This document shows positions 34,069 to 50,964 of a stretch of DNA of 64,000 nt, piece by piece. This DNA is from the human T2T-CHM13v2.0 reference genome, Homo sapiens. Position 1 is the first letter of the stretch; every line of letters starts with the position of its first letter. The notes under the pieces are model-generated. The model did no database searches. It was not told the origin of the DNA and saw nothing but the letters and a program-made list of their open reading frames with translations. Made by a program: the position numbers and the translations under genes. The DNA lies in assembly GCF_009914755.1 (NCBI RefSeq), contig NC_060932.1, one strand, 5' to 3'.

Positions 34069-36219
34069 CTAGGACAGCATGAAGGAAAAGCAGCAAGGTT
34101 AGAGGCAGCCAGAAAGACTAACCGGGTCAGACACAGCAGCAGGTCAGCCCGGGGCGGCCGGGGGCCTTTCCAGAAGCTGCTTGGCGAGGTGGTGTGGAGG
34201 TGACACTGGTGGAGATGGAAGCTGAGCGCCAGACAGACCCGCCGCCACCACAATCCCAGGTGGCAGCTGAGTCCACACAGGTGACATCACTCCGTCATCC
34301 CCTGAAAGGGGAGCTCTTGGGATTACTGTCAGTTGGAGCCTAGGCAGGCCCTGGGGGACAAGCAGGGACCACTATCTGAGCCAACCTTTCCCAAATCCAC
34401 CCACCCTGTCGTCACCTGAGCAAGGTAGCCTGAGACAAGATAAGCCAGCGCCCACAAGCATCCCCTGGAGCTGCCAAGGAGCTCCCCCAAGCCCCTCACC
34501 TGCACTGCCCCTGTGTCCGGTCTGCTGAAGGAGGCCCGGAAGATGACAAGGACCCTCAAGGGGGAGGCAGCCCAGGGCTCACATTAATACAGGGCCTCTC
34601 TCTCAGCAGGAGCCACCGTCAAGACAGGGCTGGCACCCAAGGGCCCCAGCACAAGCTACAAAGGCCTCCCAGACTGACTCTCCCACAATGTGCACACAAG
34701 GACAGGACCTCCACCCAGTTCACTCCTCGGCTGGAGACACTAGGTGTCCTGCCCCTAATCTCACCAGAGCCACCTCATAAACCCTGCAAGCTCTGCGAAG
34801 GGCAGCTGGGCACAGCTGAAAGCCCAGCCACCAGCCCATGTCCTGGGTGGGACTGGGCAGGAGGGGCCACCTCCTACTGCTGATCAACCCGAGAGCCCTG
34901 GCTGGGATCCGTCTTCCTTCACCAACGGGAGCTCCGGCCCCAGGGCCCTGCCCACCTCTGTGCACCCCACACTGCAGCAGGGAGCACCCTGCAGGGAGGA
35001 ACTGGGCACCCTGCAGGGGTCTGGTGGAGACGAGGATGCTACGGAGGCAGCTGCCCCATGGGACCAGTAAGAGGGATCTTGGGTGGGCTTCCCTGCAGAG
35101 AGGAAGCCCTCAGGAGACACCACAGTAAGCCATGCTGGAGACCTGGAGGCCAGGCCCGTCACCTGGGGAGCTGGCCACTAACAGCGGGCAGAGAGCCTCC
35201 CAGGACAGCCAGCACAGCCCCCCACACGTCCGAGCCCACCTCCTCATTTCCCCGCTTCCCGCGTTCCCAAGCATGGGAGGACCTGCCGGACGCAGCGCAC
35301 CATCTCTCCTAACAGAGACCAAGTCTGAGCTTCAACGCTTGCGCAGACGACAGGCACGTGCAAGCCTCTCCTCTCCAGCAGGAGAGCCCGGAGCAGGACA
35401 CAGCGACTCTTTCAACTGCGTCCCGACAAACGGTCAGCCCCTTCGCTCCTGCAGTTTATCCAAGCTCAGGAGGAGCTTTCTAAAGAGAACACAGGGAGAC
35501 AGCTGGCTGCCAGAGAAGCAGTCTTGGAAACGCCAGAGCCAGGCCCCAGGGGGAAGTGGCCCAAGTGTCCCTACTCTGCTCCTGGAAGCAGGCCAGGCTC
35601 ACCACCAAGGCTCTTCCCTGAGGGGTAGACAGTGTCTGCCGAGCACCTGAGCCTCTGGCAGCTGCCCAGAGTTTGAGAGTGCCCTGGGGTCCTGGCTCTG
35701 GAAGGCTCCACCCAGCTAACAGGGCCTGTGACACAGGTGGCAGCCAGCAAGACCCACTGCAGCGGCATGGCCCTCACAGCCTCCCCTGTCCCTGTCCTGG
35801 GAGCAGCCCCGGCAAAGACTCCTACCCAGAACACTCCAGGTCAGGAGGGCAGGGCCCTGAGGAAGGTGAGGACATCCTGGAGAGCTGTGGCCACCAAGGT
35901 GCTGCACGGCCTGGAGGTCTCCACACATCTGGGCAAACGGAAGCTTTCTGGGAGGAGCTGGCTCCCAGGCCCTGCTCTCCACGCCACCCCATCACAGTCG
36001 CACACACAGACAGGCTCCCAGATTGTCCACCCTCCACAGGGAGAAGTCAGGGAGGTGGGCAGGGGACGGGGTCAGCCACCGGCTCAGCCTGTGCACGCCC
36101 ATCCCTCCCAGCAGCACCCCTCTCCGGCCCACCTGGCTGGCCTGAGTCTGTGGACTGGCACTGCCTGATAGAACTTTCAGTACCTTCAGTGCCCAAAGGG
36201 CGCGACGACTAGCCCTTAA

Positions 36220-36915
<696 letters not shown>

Positions 36916-38449
36916 GCCTTTGGTCTTTTTAAGAGAAAAAACTCCACAGTTCCACATTCCCACTCAGCCACTTTCCTGTCTGACCCCTGGATATTCCAGC
37001 CCCACTGGGAAACGCCAGCCTGTCCTGCATATCTCAGAGCACTCACTGTAGCTACCCAACCCACCCTGCCCCAGGCCAAGCCCCGCCCCAACCACGTCTT
37101 TTCTTAAATGCCACTGCAGGCCAGCTCCATGGCCAGCCCTGCTTGAGGGGCTCTGGCCGACCTGCCCGCCCGGCGCAGCCCCCGTGCCTCCTGGGTGACT
37201 CCAGCACGGCACAGGCTTTCTGGAACCCCAGACAATACCCACGCCACACCTCACACGGCACCCTTGGCTGTCAGCGAGGTGGGAGAGCTGGAGACCTGTG
37301 GCAGGCTCCTACACCAGCACTTAGCATAACTCACTGCCACCAGCTTCCAACACGCTGATGTCACCTTAACACACTGGCACAGGATGATGACCCACAAATC
37401 CTCAATGCCACATTTCCTGTCCTCAGCCCCCAGAAGGCTGACGCCAGTGCACGGCACAGCCCAGGTACTCTTTGTCCATCATCAAGCACGTGTGCCCACC
37501 TGTGCTAAACCTTGCAGCCTCACCCAGCAACCCGGGAGCAAAGCCCAGAGGGCCTAGTCCTCCAGAGGAGGCGGGAGGCAGCGGGGGCTCTGTCGGCTGG
37601 GCGCTCACTCTGCCAGCACTGACTGCGTGTGAACCCTGCAGCAGCCCAGGGGAGATGCTGCTGTCTCACAGGATTGGCACTGCGCCCAGAAAGCCTCTAC
37701 AGAGGCAGGTCTAGGAGCCTGGCTGGGCCTGAGGCATGTGGTGAGAAGGCGAAGGTGAGCGTCTACTTCCTCAGAGGACGCTCGGGGGCTCCTTCCACAC
37801 CTGCCCAGCCCCTCAGCTGCATCCCCCACCCCCAGAACGGGGCTGGGCACACACGGGCTCCGGAAGTAACCAACTGCCTGCGAGCCAGCTGCTTAAGGCT
37901 CATGGGGTCCAGATGACGGGGTGGGCGGAGCTGTAGAAGGAGGCTGCTCAGGTGAGATGGCCTGGCCTGCCTCCCTGGGAGGTGAGCCGCAGGCAGTGTC
38001 AACTTAAGAAGCACCCCGCCCTGTCGGGCAGGGACAACCCCAAGTTTAGCTACACAGTTCTTCTGCTGCCAGGCGGTCCTTCATTCTGGAAACCAATCCT
38101 GACGTCTCATCAGGTTCCCAACCCACTCCGCCCCCTTTGCCTTCTTCCTTCCACTTAAAGCCTCTGAAAGTACTACTTCTTAGCAACAGCATCCCCGCCC
38201 CCTTCAGAGACTGCCCGACCACCCTATCCAAATCAAGAGACAGAAATTTTGACCCAGTCACAGTACAGGCTTATTCCTTTCCGTGCTCACTAGCGTCTAA
38301 GTTCCAAAAGTGTTGCGTCCGTGCCTATCCCCTCCGTGCTCAGCTGATGCGTGCAGTAACTGGTGCTTGACAAAGACGTGGTGTACGAAGGTCTGCAGGC
38401 CAGAGAAACAGCTGGGGCAGATGTCTGGTCTCCCACGGAGACGGCAGCA

Positions 38450-41244
<2,795 letters not shown>

Positions 41245-41705
41245 CCAGGCCAGCCCAGTGACCTTTCTCCTGCTGCACTTGGAGGGAGGGGACATACACA
41301 CAGTCTCCCATCTCTCCTCCCCTCCCCCTGGGGTGGCCCACCGCATGGGTACAGGGGGTTCCAGGAATCCAAATCCAGCATGGCTTGGAGGAGCTCTGTT
41401 GGTGAGAGGTCGCCCTGCCTCACTGGCACCCTGGGGGCACAGCTGGAAGAGAGGCCTGGCCCATGCTCCTCTCAGGGCAGGCACATGTACGGGGCATACA
41501 AGGCACAGCGCCTGTTGGAACAGGTGGCTGTGTTCCTGCTCTGGCCCCCGTGGGGCTGGGCCTCCGCCCCTGCACCAGTCACATGCACTGGACGAGGGCC
41601 GAAACTCCTGTCTGCTATCGAGCCCTGGTGCTATGTGGCCCCGGAGCCACAGCACAATCATCTCAGTGGCGAAGCACACCACTTGATTCTATTTTTTTTT
41701 AACAC

Positions 41706-41711
41706 ATTAAA
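41706..41711 (+). terminator. Proximal TIGD5 polyadenylation signal ATTAAA
   Basis: Hexamer between T-rich tracts, ~460 nt after the stop. Confidence 0.6.
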
Positions 41712-43224
41712 TCTGTTTTTAAAGATACTCTTCAGAGGGGCCGTGAGAACAGGGGCCGGGTGGGCTGGTCTCGGGCCGCCCTGCGGTTTCTCTGGAGGTC
41801 AGAGGCCCCAGGTACTGGAGCATCACTGTGGAGTGGGAGGGGTGGAGCCCTGTATTAGGTTCTGGGTGCAGCAGGGAGGTGTAGAGTTCCGTTTCCTTGG
41901 ATTTTTAGTTTTCCCTAAGAAAACTGAACAGATCTCTTATTCCGTGGGATTGGCAGCTGCCTGGCTTTGGGCCCTGGTGACTTGGCCAATGGCAGGAGAG
42001 TTTCCCCTGCTTCCTCATCAGCCACAGACCATTCTGTCCAGTCCCAGGGCCTGGAGCCACCTGACTTACCTGGAAGCAGGCCCTGGCATTAGCCCCCAGG
42101 GCAATACGCAGTGCCACCCTCTGTGGGCTCTCCTCCCCACCCTCAGACTTTTCTGCCTCTCCTGGGACTGCCAAGGATGTGGCTGACAAGCTGCTCCTGG
42201 GAGGCCTACTTTGAAAGGAGGAAAGGGCCCCAGGGCCTGTCAAACCCTGGTTCTGTTCTGCTCTGGCCAGGTCTAGACCTACAGTCCTTCTGGTTGGACT
42301 GGGGCCAGGGATGCCCATGCCTCCTCAGGTAGGGTGGGAACTGCCTTTGCAGAGATGCTGCCCGAGCTGGTGTGAGGGGCAGGGAGCTGGCCTGCTTGCC
42401 TCCAGGTGTTGACCCCTCGTCCCCATCTGCCCCCAGTGTCCTCCTAGGAGAGGGAACCTTGAAAACCCAGAGTTGTGGAGTGCAGGGGTAGGCTGGAGGC
42501 CTGCACAGGGAAGGGAAGGGCTGTGCACCAGCTTGGCAGTGGGGCAGCTGGAGGGTGTCCCCCAAAAGTGACCTTTATACAGGTCCAGGAACAAACAGTT
42601 CCTTGGAACTGCCCGCAAGTGAAGAAATATATACATATATATGTATATATCTATATCTCAAAATCTGAGAGCTCAGGGAGGCCGTGGAAATTTGGGGAAG
42701 AAGAAACAGACTCCCTGAGCAGAGCTCAGGGCAGCAGCTCCAGGCATGCCTGCTGAGCCCATCAGGCCACCGCCACCTGCAGGAAGAGCCTCTGGCCTGA
42801 ACTGCTGGGGATGGGCTGCAGAAAGCCTGAGACATTTGGGCCAGCACCTTCCCAGGGGCACAGGCCCCCAAGGCGGGGACACCACCTCTGCTCTGCCAGG
42901 CCTGCCTCCAGGGCTCTGAGGAGAAGCCGACTTCACGGCCGCGGTGCCAGTGAGGGCTGCATAGCCAGGCCTTGTCTGTAGTCTGGGCGGCCCGTGGCGC
43001 TGCCCTTCAGCCCAACTACTCATTGCCGCTGCGTCTTTGGCGAGGCTTTCATTTCCAACCTTTCTTCCCATCTCAGCCCTTTTGTTGGCCCGGGTCCCAG
43101 GAGGCTGGTGTCGGTGAGGGCAGGCCCGCTCCTCTCATCGGGGTGGCTGTGGCCTGTCCCCCAGTCCCTCAATGGTCACTTTCTATAAACAAGGCAGCAC
43201 TAATTTTTGCTATAAGGTAAAAGA

Positions 43225-43528
43225 GGCCAGGCACGTTGGCTCACACCTGTCATCCCAGCACTTTGGGAGGCTGAGGCGGGTGGATCACCTGAGATTGGGA
43301 GTTCGAGACCAGCCTGGCCAACATGGTGAAAACCCCGTCTCTACTAAAAATACAAAAATTAGCTGGGCGTGGTGGCAGGTGCCTGTAACCCCAGCTACTC
43401 AGGAGGCTGAGGCACGAGAAATGCTTGAAGCCAGAAGGCAGAGATTGCAGTGAGCCGAGATCACAACACCGCGCTCCAGTCTGCGCGACAGAGCGAGACT
43501 CTGTCTCAAAAAAAAAAAAAAAAAAAAA
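43225..43528 (+). mobile_element. Alu (AluS-like)
   Basis: Full-length consensus with poly-A tail. Confidence 0.92.
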
Positions 43529-44604
43529 GTGCAGGTGCACGCTGGTGGGGACATTAGGAGCCTGTCAAGAGTGGGTCTGCCTGCTGGCACTTACTAGACG
43601 GGAAATACCCCCTAAAGAGGGCTTAAAAAGCATCTCCCTAGCACGGGGCATGCTGGCACAGGGTGCTGTGTGACAGAGGCTTGGCCGCTGGGCCCCGCTG
43701 CTGAGAAGGCTGCTCCGCCCATGCCTGGCCCTGTGGGCAGTGCCAGCCATGGATCTCTGAGACCCTGGGCTGGAACCTGGGGCCCCGTCCCAGCCCTACC
43801 TGCAGCTCACTAACCCTCTCTGGGTTCTGCTCAGTGTCTGAAGTGATGGAAAGACCCCAGGGTTGGTGGCTGTAGCGGCCCCCAGGGGTGGCAGAACCCT
43901 TTGGGAGGCCAAGTGTTCTTTCCCAAAGCTGCGCGGGTGCCATTGCCTGCCAGGCCCTGGCTGTGGTGACAGACGTGGGCTGGGGTGAGGCTGCATCTGC
44001 TTCCTCTAACAGCCGTGGCTGCCTGCGGGCTCTGGCCTCCGCTCTGGCAGATTCTGCACATTCCCTGCAGGCGCAGGGGTGGGTGGGGGTGCCTGTGGCC
44101 TCGGAGGTACAGCCAGCTGTCCTCAGCTCAGATGGCCCCCAAGAGCCCCCAGCTCCTGTTCACTGCTCTTCCAGTTAGTGACCCCCGTGTCAGCATCATT
44201 GTCAGAGTTCCTGGGCTTGTGGGGGCTGGAGAAGGGAAGGCGCTGAGGAGGGAAAGATGAGTGCAGGTTTTGTTGAAACCACCCGACCCGCGTTTTCAGG
44301 GGGACGAGGCCACTGCCTTGGCCCAAGGACCTGCAGGCTTGGGGGACCCCCTCGATGTCCACTGGGCTGCGGATGAAACATCACACTGTGGTAGGAAAGG
44401 AAGGGGAGCACCCCCAGACGGGGGGGTCCTGCAGAGACCCCAACCCCTTACCTACCTAGTTGAGACACCCATGGGGAGCAGCCCCAACAGCATGTCGGAG
44501 TCCCTAGGCTTGCGGGGTCATGCTCTGTTGAGGGCCCTTCCTCTAACTGGCGAGCTTGTTTACAGCTGAGCTCGCCTGGTCAGATGGGCCCAGTGGCTTT
44601 ATCT

Positions 44605-44610
44605 AATAAA
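44605..44610 (+). terminator. Candidate distal TIGD5 polyadenylation signal AATAAA
   Basis: AATAAA followed by a T/GT-rich segment at ~44641-44660. Confidence 0.5.
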
Positions 44611-45202
44611 GGCTGGACATGTCCACTTCATGAGCATCCCTGTTTTGAAGTCTTATTTTTAAACTCTTGATCCAACGCTTGGATCAGGAATACCCCCTAG
44701 ATTAACAGTTGGGGCATAGGGCATAAAAGTGGAACATTGATCAAAGATACCGTAATCATATCCATCGTTTTCTGTCTTGAAGAACAGTTTTCACCTGGAA
44801 GTAGAAGGCACAGGGGAGGCCTGGCTCACCACAACGCTCCCTGCCGTGCCGAGAACTGAGCCCGTGTCTTTGTCACAGGCCCTCACCAGCTGGGCCAGGA
44901 GTGGCTGGCTTGGGATCTCCACCTCCCGAGCTGAGCTCACCTAGTGCCCAGGGCTTGTCAGAGGTCCCAGGGGGAGACAGGTGTTGGTGCAAAGTCAATG
45001 ATTTCTCCTTGCAGATGGGCTTGGTGTGAATGCAGGTGGCCGTCAGAAGGGCTGTCCACCTTCCTTCAGGGGGCCGCCTGCACCAGACCCCAGGCTCCCA
45101 GGCCTGCCCAGGCTTGGCATACAGTCCCCTGGGGTGACAGCGTGCAGGGGAAACTGCAATTCCATGCCCTACAAAGCCCCCAGGTGATGTAGAGGCCTGT
45201 AG

Positions 45203-45607
<405 letters not shown>

Positions 45608-45667
45608 CAGAACTTGGTTTTATCCACCTCTGGTGAAACATGAGCTCACTTGGTGCTCTCTGGCCTC

Positions 45668-45673
45668 TTTATT
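45668..45673 (-). terminator. Candidate PYCR3 polyadenylation signal AATAAA
   Basis: TTTATT on the + strand, ~1.4 kb past the PYCR3 stop. Confidence 0.55.
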
Positions 45674-47115
45674 CCCATCTCCTTAGGCTGACCCTGACAA
45701 GTGCCAGGGCCAGGCTTGGACCAAGCAGTCAACTGAGTCAGCCTGCCCTGGGAACCAGGCAGGGGAGGGAGCTTACGGACGGGCTAGGCTCAGGAGAGTA
45801 AGAGAGAGCAGATGAAGGGCAGAAGTCCGTGGCCGCAGAGGCAGCTGAGCATGAGGGATGGAGCGTGCTGCTGTCCTGCAGGTGCCGTTAGCCCTGTTTT
45901 GCACTGGTGGATTGATCTGCTCAGGCGCACAGGGAGATGGCACAGCAGGACCCGCCGCCCAGCCTCGCTGAGGGCATGCTCCCGCCTCACCTCCAGAGGC
46001 TGTTGGGCGGAAGCCGAGAGCTGCAGCAGTTGGGGCCAGCGTGGGACTGGAGGCCCAGGTGAATCTTGTGGGGCAGGGGACGGAGCTGAGGCTGTCCGGC
46101 CCGGGCCCTCCCCACCCAAAGGCCCTAGAACCCTAGCCTTCAATCCTGGGGGTTTGCTTCTCCCCTGAGTCCTGGCTTTCCTGACCTGCCGTCCGTTAGG
46201 GACAGGTGGAGGGGCCAAGTCTTGCCATCAGAGGCCAGTGTGGTGGTGCCAGAGCTACGGGGTATTCCAGGACCCCTGACCTAGGCACGGGGCAGGAGGG
46301 CCCAGAGCCACCTGGCCACTTGTCAGGAGCTTAGGATTGGGAGGAAAGAGGGAGCCTGTATCCAGACTAAAGCCAGGGGTCTGCATGTGTCCTGGCTGGC
46401 CAGGGCCACCCTCCCAGACCTCAAGCCACCCCACCTACCACTGCCCACCTGGTGCCACCCCAGCACTGCCGCAGACCTGGCCCAGCAGCTCCTGCTCCTT
46501 AGCAGGGGATGAGCACGCCCACCACAGCCACCCTCTTCTCCAGGCTGCAGGGCAGGCTCCAGCTCCCCATGGGGGCCCCATCAGGCCAGGGCCCCTGGCT
46601 TTACTGCAGGGGAGAGGGTCTCTTGTGCAGACCCCATATGGCTCGTGCCCCCTAGAGCTGAGATGAGGCAGCCGGCCTGGCTGTAGCTGCACGGAGCCAC
46701 CTGGAAAGCCAAAGGCAAGCTCCAGCTCCAGACCAGGCATTGGGCCAGCCGTGCCTGTTACCGTAAGTTCTGTTCATGGCCTCAACCAACTGCCCAACCA
46801 TGCGGGCAAATGACCAAGACGCCATCTCTTGGGCCCCTCAGAACCAATGTTGCAGCAAGGTGGGCTCACTGCAGCAAGGGGCAGAGCCACCACCACGGTG
46901 CCTTCTGCTCACTGGGGAGGGAGGAGTGTCCCCACTGGTCGGGGCTCCCCCGCCTGCTGGAACCTCTCAAGTCCTGCCCCCTGCATTTCCCTGTGCAAGG
47001 GGAGAAGGAGCAGTAGGAGACCCTCATGCAGGAGGGAGGGAGCCGCAGTCCTCAGGGGAAGGGACACAGGGAGAGGCAGGGGCACAGAGGCAGGAAAGGA
47101 TGGCCAGAGCCCAGC

Positions 47116-50100
47116 CTACTTTCTGCTGAGCTCCTTGGCCCGGCAGGTGGCAGCCTCCACGGCGCTCATGGTGGCTGCTCGCAGCCCGCCCTGCTCCAGG
47201 GCGTGGAGTCCATAGATGGTGGTGCCACCCGGGGTGCACACGTCTGAGCGCAGCTGGGCTGGGTGTTGGCCCTCGTGCAGCAGCATCTTGGCCGTCCCCT
47301 GAGGAGAGCGTTAGGGCCTGGTGACGGGGGGAGGTGGTGCGGTCCCCACTGTGCGGCCTGCCCTCGTTGCATCCCCCAACCTTGGCCCCAGCTTCTCGAG
47401 CCTGCTGTTTCCCTGCGCACTGGAAGAGGTACAGGCCTGGGCCTTCCCGATGTTCCCCAGGGGCCACCCTCACTCACCAGCAGGGTCTGGGCAGCGATGC
47501 GGTGGGCCAGGCTGCTGGGCATGCCCATCTTGACGGCTCCTTCAGCCAGGGCCTCGGAGAATGCACACACCTGTAGCCGCGGCATGGTGGTTGGGGGGGA
47601 TAGGTGTCAAAGCCTGGGGGCTCAGGACCTTCAGGAACAATGCCCAGAGCAGTAGCCGTGGGTGGCCAGAACCAAGGCCTGAGCCCAACGGTCTGCAAAG
47701 GGGCTGGCCTCAAAGATCCCCAAGGCAGTGAAGTCCCGGGGACAAGCAGAGCTCCCAGTGGGCCTGGGGAGCAACCACGCAGGCCTCAAGGTTGGACTCT
47801 GAGGGCAGAGGCTGTCAGAGGGACTGGGGTGGGCCCCCTCTTTGCCGAGGGTGGGGCCGGGGATGGACGAGGCAATACTCACGAAGGCCACGCCACTGCC
47901 ACTGAGGCCAGTGTGGATGTCGACGTAGGCTTCAGGCACCTCCTCACACCGCCCACAGGCCTCCAGCAGATGCTGCAGGAGCTTGGTCTCGCTGCTCCCC
48001 ACGTGGCGGCCCCGCGCCATCACTATGGCCCCTTCCTGGACCACACAGGGCAGGTTGGGCAAGACCCGCAGCACCCGTGTGTTTGGGGGCAGCAGCTGGC
48101 CAGAGAGAGGTCAGAATCAGGGAGTCTGTAGGACTGGGCCCTGCTGGGCAGGCCCCAGCAGGGGCCTCAGGAAAGGTCCACGTCAGCTCGCGGTGGGCTC
48201 CAGCGTCTGCCTCCCAGGTACAGCACCAGGAGGGAACCCTAAATCCAGCCACTTGATCCAGGTGGGCCACACGGCCACCTCTCAGGCTCTCTGGGGGGCT
48301 GCCTGCCGCCCAAGCCTGGCCAGCAGAGCCTATACTGGGACCAAGGCCTTAGCCCAAGGGACACTCACCTCCTCCAGGGTGCTCAGAGACATCCCAGCAG
48401 CCACGGACACCAAGATGTGTTCAGTGGTGACCACAGGAGCCACCTCTGCCAGGACAGCTGGCAGCACATGAGGCTTGGTGGCAAAGATGACGAGCAGGCA
48501 GCTCTGCAGCACCTCCTGGTTGGAGTGCGTGGTCCGGCAACCCAGAGCCTGCGCCAGGGACACCAGGACCAAGCCTCAGGGGCCATGTAAGCGGCGCACC
48601 CTCTCCATCACAGCCCTTCCTGCTGGATGCCACACGTTCCCATGGTCCCAGGGCCTCTCCCATTGCAAGTGTCTAGACCACCCCGACTTCTCCAGTGCCC
48701 AAGACTCCCCCAGACTAGCCCTACTCCTCACAGGCCATCCTGATGTCAGCGCCTCCCCAAGCCCTGAGCCCTCCATCCCCAGTGAATGTCTGTGACCACC
48801 ACCCAGCATGCAAACACACCCATGCACATGCACACACTCACGAGCATGCATTCATATACACACACGCAGACACATGCACTCACGAGCATACATACACATG
48901 TACACATGAATGCACTCATGAGCACAAACACGTGCACACACACCCACTCGAGCATGCACTCATGTGTACACGCACGCACTCATACACGCACACACGCACT
49001 CATATACACATCTGCACAGGCACACATGCACAAGCACATACGTGCACTCACGACCACACAGGTGCACATGCACTCATGAGCATGCACTCATACACACACG
49101 CACACACATGCACTGACATACATGCACTCACCACACGTGCACACGCACACACAAGCGCACGTGCAAACGCACATGAGCACATACATACACACATGCACAC
49201 GCATAGCCTCACATATACACACGTGCATATACACACACTCACGGACATGCACTCACACACGCATACACACACACACACAAACACTTTGCTTTGGCCCTCC
49301 ACAACCTTACTTTCCTCCTGGCCTCTAATCTCCCTTTTCCCAGCCCAGACCAGCCAGTCTGCAAACTTCAGCTAAATAAACCACCCATCCCTGGCTCTGA
49401 TAAGTGTCTTAGTGGGACAGGAGCCAAGAGCTATCCTGGGCTCCTGAGGGTATGAAGAACCTGGGCTCTATGCTCACTTGAAAGTGACATAGGTTCCTGT
49501 CTGTTGGTGCACTGGCCAGTATGTGCTGAGCTTCCACTTTTCCTGGAAAGAAAGGAAAAGGAAGAGGGGTTGGTGAAGGGGTGGGATAGGATGGCACGGA
49601 GAGGAGAGGGAGCTCACTTGGCCTCTCAGGCTCAGCCACGCCTGGCCCATCCTGGGCCCCCTCCTGGCCCCAGGAACCCAAAGCGGGATGCACCATTCAC
49701 TGGGCCCAGGCAATCAGATCCACTGATTCTACTTGGCGGTCAACGCCCCTGACTGCTGCTGGGTATGGAGGCCAGGAGCTTACCTCATTGGTGAGGACAC
49801 AGATCCCTGGGGCCTCTGCCTCCAGGGAAGGGAAGGCTGCCTGGAGCAGAAGAGGCAGTACCTCTGGAGGAACACCAGGCCTTGGGGGAATGTGGTGGGT
49901 ACAAAGGCAGTTGATTGGCCACAGAAGGCCCAATCGGGGCCCAGGTTCTTCGAGAGGGAGAGTCTATGCTGGAATGTCTAAGAAAAGGCTAAATGCCTAC
50001 TTGGTAGAAATTATCTGCTTTTGTCGGGTACGGGGTGGAAAGATTGGGTTAGATTTTGGTAAGGTCGAACAGGAAGGCACAAGTGTACACCACAACCTGA

Positions 50101-50964
50101 ACACAGCAATTAATCATGACAGTGGCAGCCAAACACACCAGTACTAAGCTCAACACTAGACATTTATGTCTCATTTAACCTGTACAGCTCTGGGAGGCAT
50201 GCGGTACTGCCAGGTTTCACAGGGAAGACTCCTGAGACTCATAGTAAGCTATTTCCCGATTGATCTTGACTCTTCTGGACCCTGAAGTATGGCTGAAGGC
50301 AGAGAGTCAAAAGTCACCCAGCTCTCCCTATCCACAATCTGCAGAGAGGCTTCTAAATGCCTGGAGGAGTATATGGTCAGCATAAATATTCCGGGTATAA
50401 AGCAGTGTTTCTCAACAGGGGATGATTTTGCCTGTCTCCTCCCCCCACCCAGGGGACATTCGGCAGTGTCTGGAGGCATTTTTGGCTGTCACAACGTGGG
50501 GGTGCTGCTGGCACAGGATGGATAGTCTGGCCCAGGTGTCCCTAGAGCCAAGGTGTCTGGGGGAGAAGCCCTGCTGCTCCCCATGAGAGGGGCTGGCGCG
50601 CAAAGAGAAAATCAGAGGCTGGAAGAGGTGAGCCTGGCCAAGGCCACGCGGCCAGGAAGCCGGCCACGGAAGCGGCACCTAGCCACGTGTGACTCAAATC
50701 TTCCCGCAGCCACGTCAAAAAAGTAAGAGCAAACAGGCGTGGCCCCGGCTGCGCCCAGCGGAGCGGAGACCCGGTTGGCTGGGCCCGCGCCCCCGGCCCC
50801 ACTCTCGCGGCAGGACACCTCCCACGGGGCTGCTCCCACTCCAGACCGCAGGCCTAGCCCCGCGCCGCCCCACCTGCTCTGATGAGGCCCTGCGCGATGG
50901 CCCCCGCCATGCGGCCCGCGCCCACGAAGCCCACGCGCCGCGGAGACGGCTCCGCAGCTGCCAT
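47116..50964 (-). CDS. PYCR3: Pyrroline-5-carboxylate reductase 3 (PYCRL), 274 aa
   Basis: Exons 50964-50874, 49542-49478, 48548-48369, 48095-47883, 47570-47478, 47298-47116. Total 825 nt. Rossmann motif [38 protein letters not shown]. Confidence 0.97.
48806..49280. repeat. Degenerate (CA)n/(CATG)n alternating purine-pyrimidine tract in PYCR3 intron 2
   Basis: ~470 bp of CACA/CATG/CACG units. Confidence 0.92.
50403..50535. mobile_element. MER20 (hAT-Charlie) fragment
   Basis: CAGTGTTTCTCAAC.GGGG..GATTTTGCC..CCCAGGGGACATT.GGCAGTGTCTGGAG.CATTTTTGG.TGTCACAAC. Confidence 0.8.

Noticed and set aside
35058-36212. Cluster of 150-180-aa + strand ORFs in EEF1D intron 1
   Set aside because: No recognisable domain, convincing splice structure or promoter.
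48743-49375. 210-aa His/Thr-rich ORF and antisense Cys/Val-rich ORFs
   Set aside because: Translation of the (CA)n-like tract.
50150-50300. Possible MIR fragment in PYCR3 intron 1
   Set aside because: Too diverged to support by eye.
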